Of a stretch of DNA of 17,210 bases, positions 15,560-17,210 are shown in pieces. Position numbers and translations under genes: made by a program. The DNA is from Chlamydiia bacterium. GTDB lineage: Bacteria > Chlamydiota > Chlamydiia > Chlamydiales > Parachlamydiaceae. The stretch's first letter is position 1, and each line of letters opens with the position of its first letter. The notes below the pieces were generated by a model, which saw only the letters and a list, made by a program, of their open reading frames with translations, was not told the DNA's origin and made no database searches. The stretch is taken from positions 1 to 17,210 of the forward strand of contig JBBSJT010000047.1 in the NCBI GenBank assembly GCA_038257035.1. The letters run 5' to 3'.

Positions 15560-16345
15560 TTAGGATACTGAAATCCCTTGTATAACTCTACGCTCATATG
15601 GAGGATAATCAACCCTAAGCTTTACAAGAACTTGATGACCATTAAAATTTTCTTCACAATAGACCTTCCTAAGTTTTTTTGATTTAAAGTAAATGAAAGA
15701 AAGACAAATGATCGCCTCAACAATTTTTGGTTTTCTATATTGGCTTGATTGAATATCTAATACTGTTTTACAACATTTTTGTGAAGGTTTTAAACGAGGA
15801 TCAAGATGTATGGCAATCCAAGCTGATTCTTGAATGGGTTCAGATCCAAATTTTTCATAAATTTCCGGATCCATAAAATGATAATCTTCTTTGTCATTAA
15901 ATTTCCCATGTAACAGCTTTCCAATACTTTTGATGGTTATATTTTTTGGAATCCAAAAGATCAAAAATTGCTCTCCTATTTTATTATTCGTAAAGGCAGA
16001 ACTGATTTTGAAAATTTTGCCTATATTATTTGGCAATGCTTCCCACGCTTTATGTTTTTCAGAAAAGCCAAAATCATAGCCTAGATAAAGCTTGAAACTA
16101 TCGGGATTTATAAGCTTATCTCTATAAATGACATATTTCAAAAGAGCAGGATCATCAGATACTATTTTCCAATTTTTATTCACTAAAGCTAATTTTAAAA
16201 TTTTTTCAAAATTTAAAAATGAAAAAACATGGTTTAGAACATCATTAGGAATACTTTTAAAAGGGTCTTCCTGGAGGGATTCCCGATCGTGAAAACGGTA
16301 ATAAACATCATTATATAAATTTTTCATACCTCGATAGATATTCAT
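15560..16345 (-). CDS. F-box domain protein (candidate effector)
   Basis: F-box pattern IPNDVLNHVFSFL...LALVNKNWKIVSDD. The ATG at 16345 has AGGAGG upstream and overlaps the previous stop (ATGA). Confidence 0.8.
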   Translation of the reverse strand: MNIYRGMKNLYNDVYYRFHDRESLQEDPFKSIPNDVLNHVFSFLNFEKILKLALVNKNWKIVSDDPALLKYVIYRDKLINPDSFKLYLGYDFGFSEKHKAWEALPNNIGKIFKISSAFTNNKIGEQFLIFWIPKNITIKSIGKLLHGKFNDKEDYHFMDPEIYEKFGSEPIQESAWIAIHLDPRLKPSQKCCKTVLDIQSSQYRKPKIVEAIICLSFIYFKSKKLRKVYCEENFNGHQVLVKLRVDYPPYERRVIQGISVS

Positions 16346-17157
16346 TGAACACACCCTCCTGTTGAAGTATTTATCCGTGGCCAGGGGCCATAATGAACAG
16401 AAATTCCTTCAAGATAGCCTTGACTAAAACGTCTCAGGCTTACCGTGACTTGGACTCCATTCACCTGACAATGATTATTAAAAATACACCGAAAATCTCC
16501 TCTTCGATTTTTTAAATAGACGGAAGAAATACAAACTATGGACTCTAATATTGTCGGTTTTCTGAACTTGTTGTCACTCATTTTAAGGTCAAAACTATCT
16601 CCACAAACCCATCCATATCTTTTTTGTCGTAATTGCATGACAACAAAAGCCGATTCTTCTAAAGGAACATCCCCTAATTCCTTACGAATGTTTGGTTCCA
16701 TTAGATAATAATCAGTTGCCTTCCTGGTTGCTTTTTTGAAAAGCTCTCCAAAATTATTGATGGTTGTACATTTTGGCATCCAGACTATTATGTGCTTAAT
16801 AGTAGGTGAACTTTTTAAAATTTTACCAATGGTAATGGGCAATGCATCCCATGCTTTTTGATTTTTAGCGTCTCTCAAATTCAATCCAAGATGCTTTTGC
16901 CAATCGGAAGGCTTAAAAACGATATCTTTATAAACCAAATATTTTAACAATTCAGCATTATCGGATAATACATTCCACTTCTTATTGACAAGGCTTATGT
17001 TGTGGGCAACTTCACAACAATTTAATAAAGGAAAAATATGTTTTAAAAAAATATCGTCCGGGACAATCTTTTGAGGGCCTTCTTCAAAGTTCTCAGGATC
17101 ATTAATCTTATAATATAAAAACATGCAAAAATTTCGCACTTCATGGTAAGCATTCAT
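16342..17157 (-). CDS. F-box domain protein (candidate effector), paralog of the downstream gene
   Basis: F-box pattern VPDDIFLKHIFPLL...ISLVNKKWNVLSDN, with a GGAG RBS. It shares many motifs with 15560-16345. Confidence 0.8.
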   Translation of the reverse strand: MNAYHEVRNFCMFLYYKINDPENFEEGPQKIVPDDIFLKHIFPLLNCCEVAHNISLVNKKWNVLSDNAELLKYLVYKDIVFKPSDWQKHLGLNLRDAKNQKAWDALPITIGKILKSSPTIKHIIVWMPKCTTINNFGELFKKATRKATDYYLMEPNIRKELGDVPLEESAFVVMQLRQKRYGWVCGDSFDLKMSDNKFRKPTILESIVCISSVYLKNRRGDFRCIFNNHCQVNGVQVTVSLRRFSQGYLEGISVHYGPWPRINTSTGGCVQ

Positions 17158-17210
17158 AAAACAACTCCGCTATTTATCATTTATATACTGGTGCTACTTG
17201 AAAGTAAAAA

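Overview
AT-rich bacterial chromosomal segment, most likely from an environmental member of the Chlamydiae. This is inferred from the chlamydia-type S4 N-terminus, a CtcB/CtcC-like two-component pair whose activator lacks an HTH, a DUF1207-like protein and tandem F-box genes. From left to right the genes are: three predicted envelope proteins (Cys-rich DUF1207-like barrel, BON protein, small Cys/His-rich beta-barrel), a signal-peptide protein with an atypical protein-kinase-like motif set, a small orphan ORF, rpsD, a divergent sensor kinase plus sigma54 activator, a HAD phosphatase, a tightly coupled minus-strand operon (long HPF, HsdR-N-like nuclease domain, helical protein, two Maf/DUF115 genes, one fused to MORN repeats) and two F-box paralogs. 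Intergenic DNA holds three unrelated long near-perfect inverted-repeat elements (70, 36 and 42 bp arms). One recurs at the window edge and one is REP-doublet-like, with nested hairpins. A fourth, degenerate inverted pair brackets the HAD gene. No transposase, tRNA, rRNA or CRISPR array was seen. All family calls come from motif recognition by eye, not from database searches.
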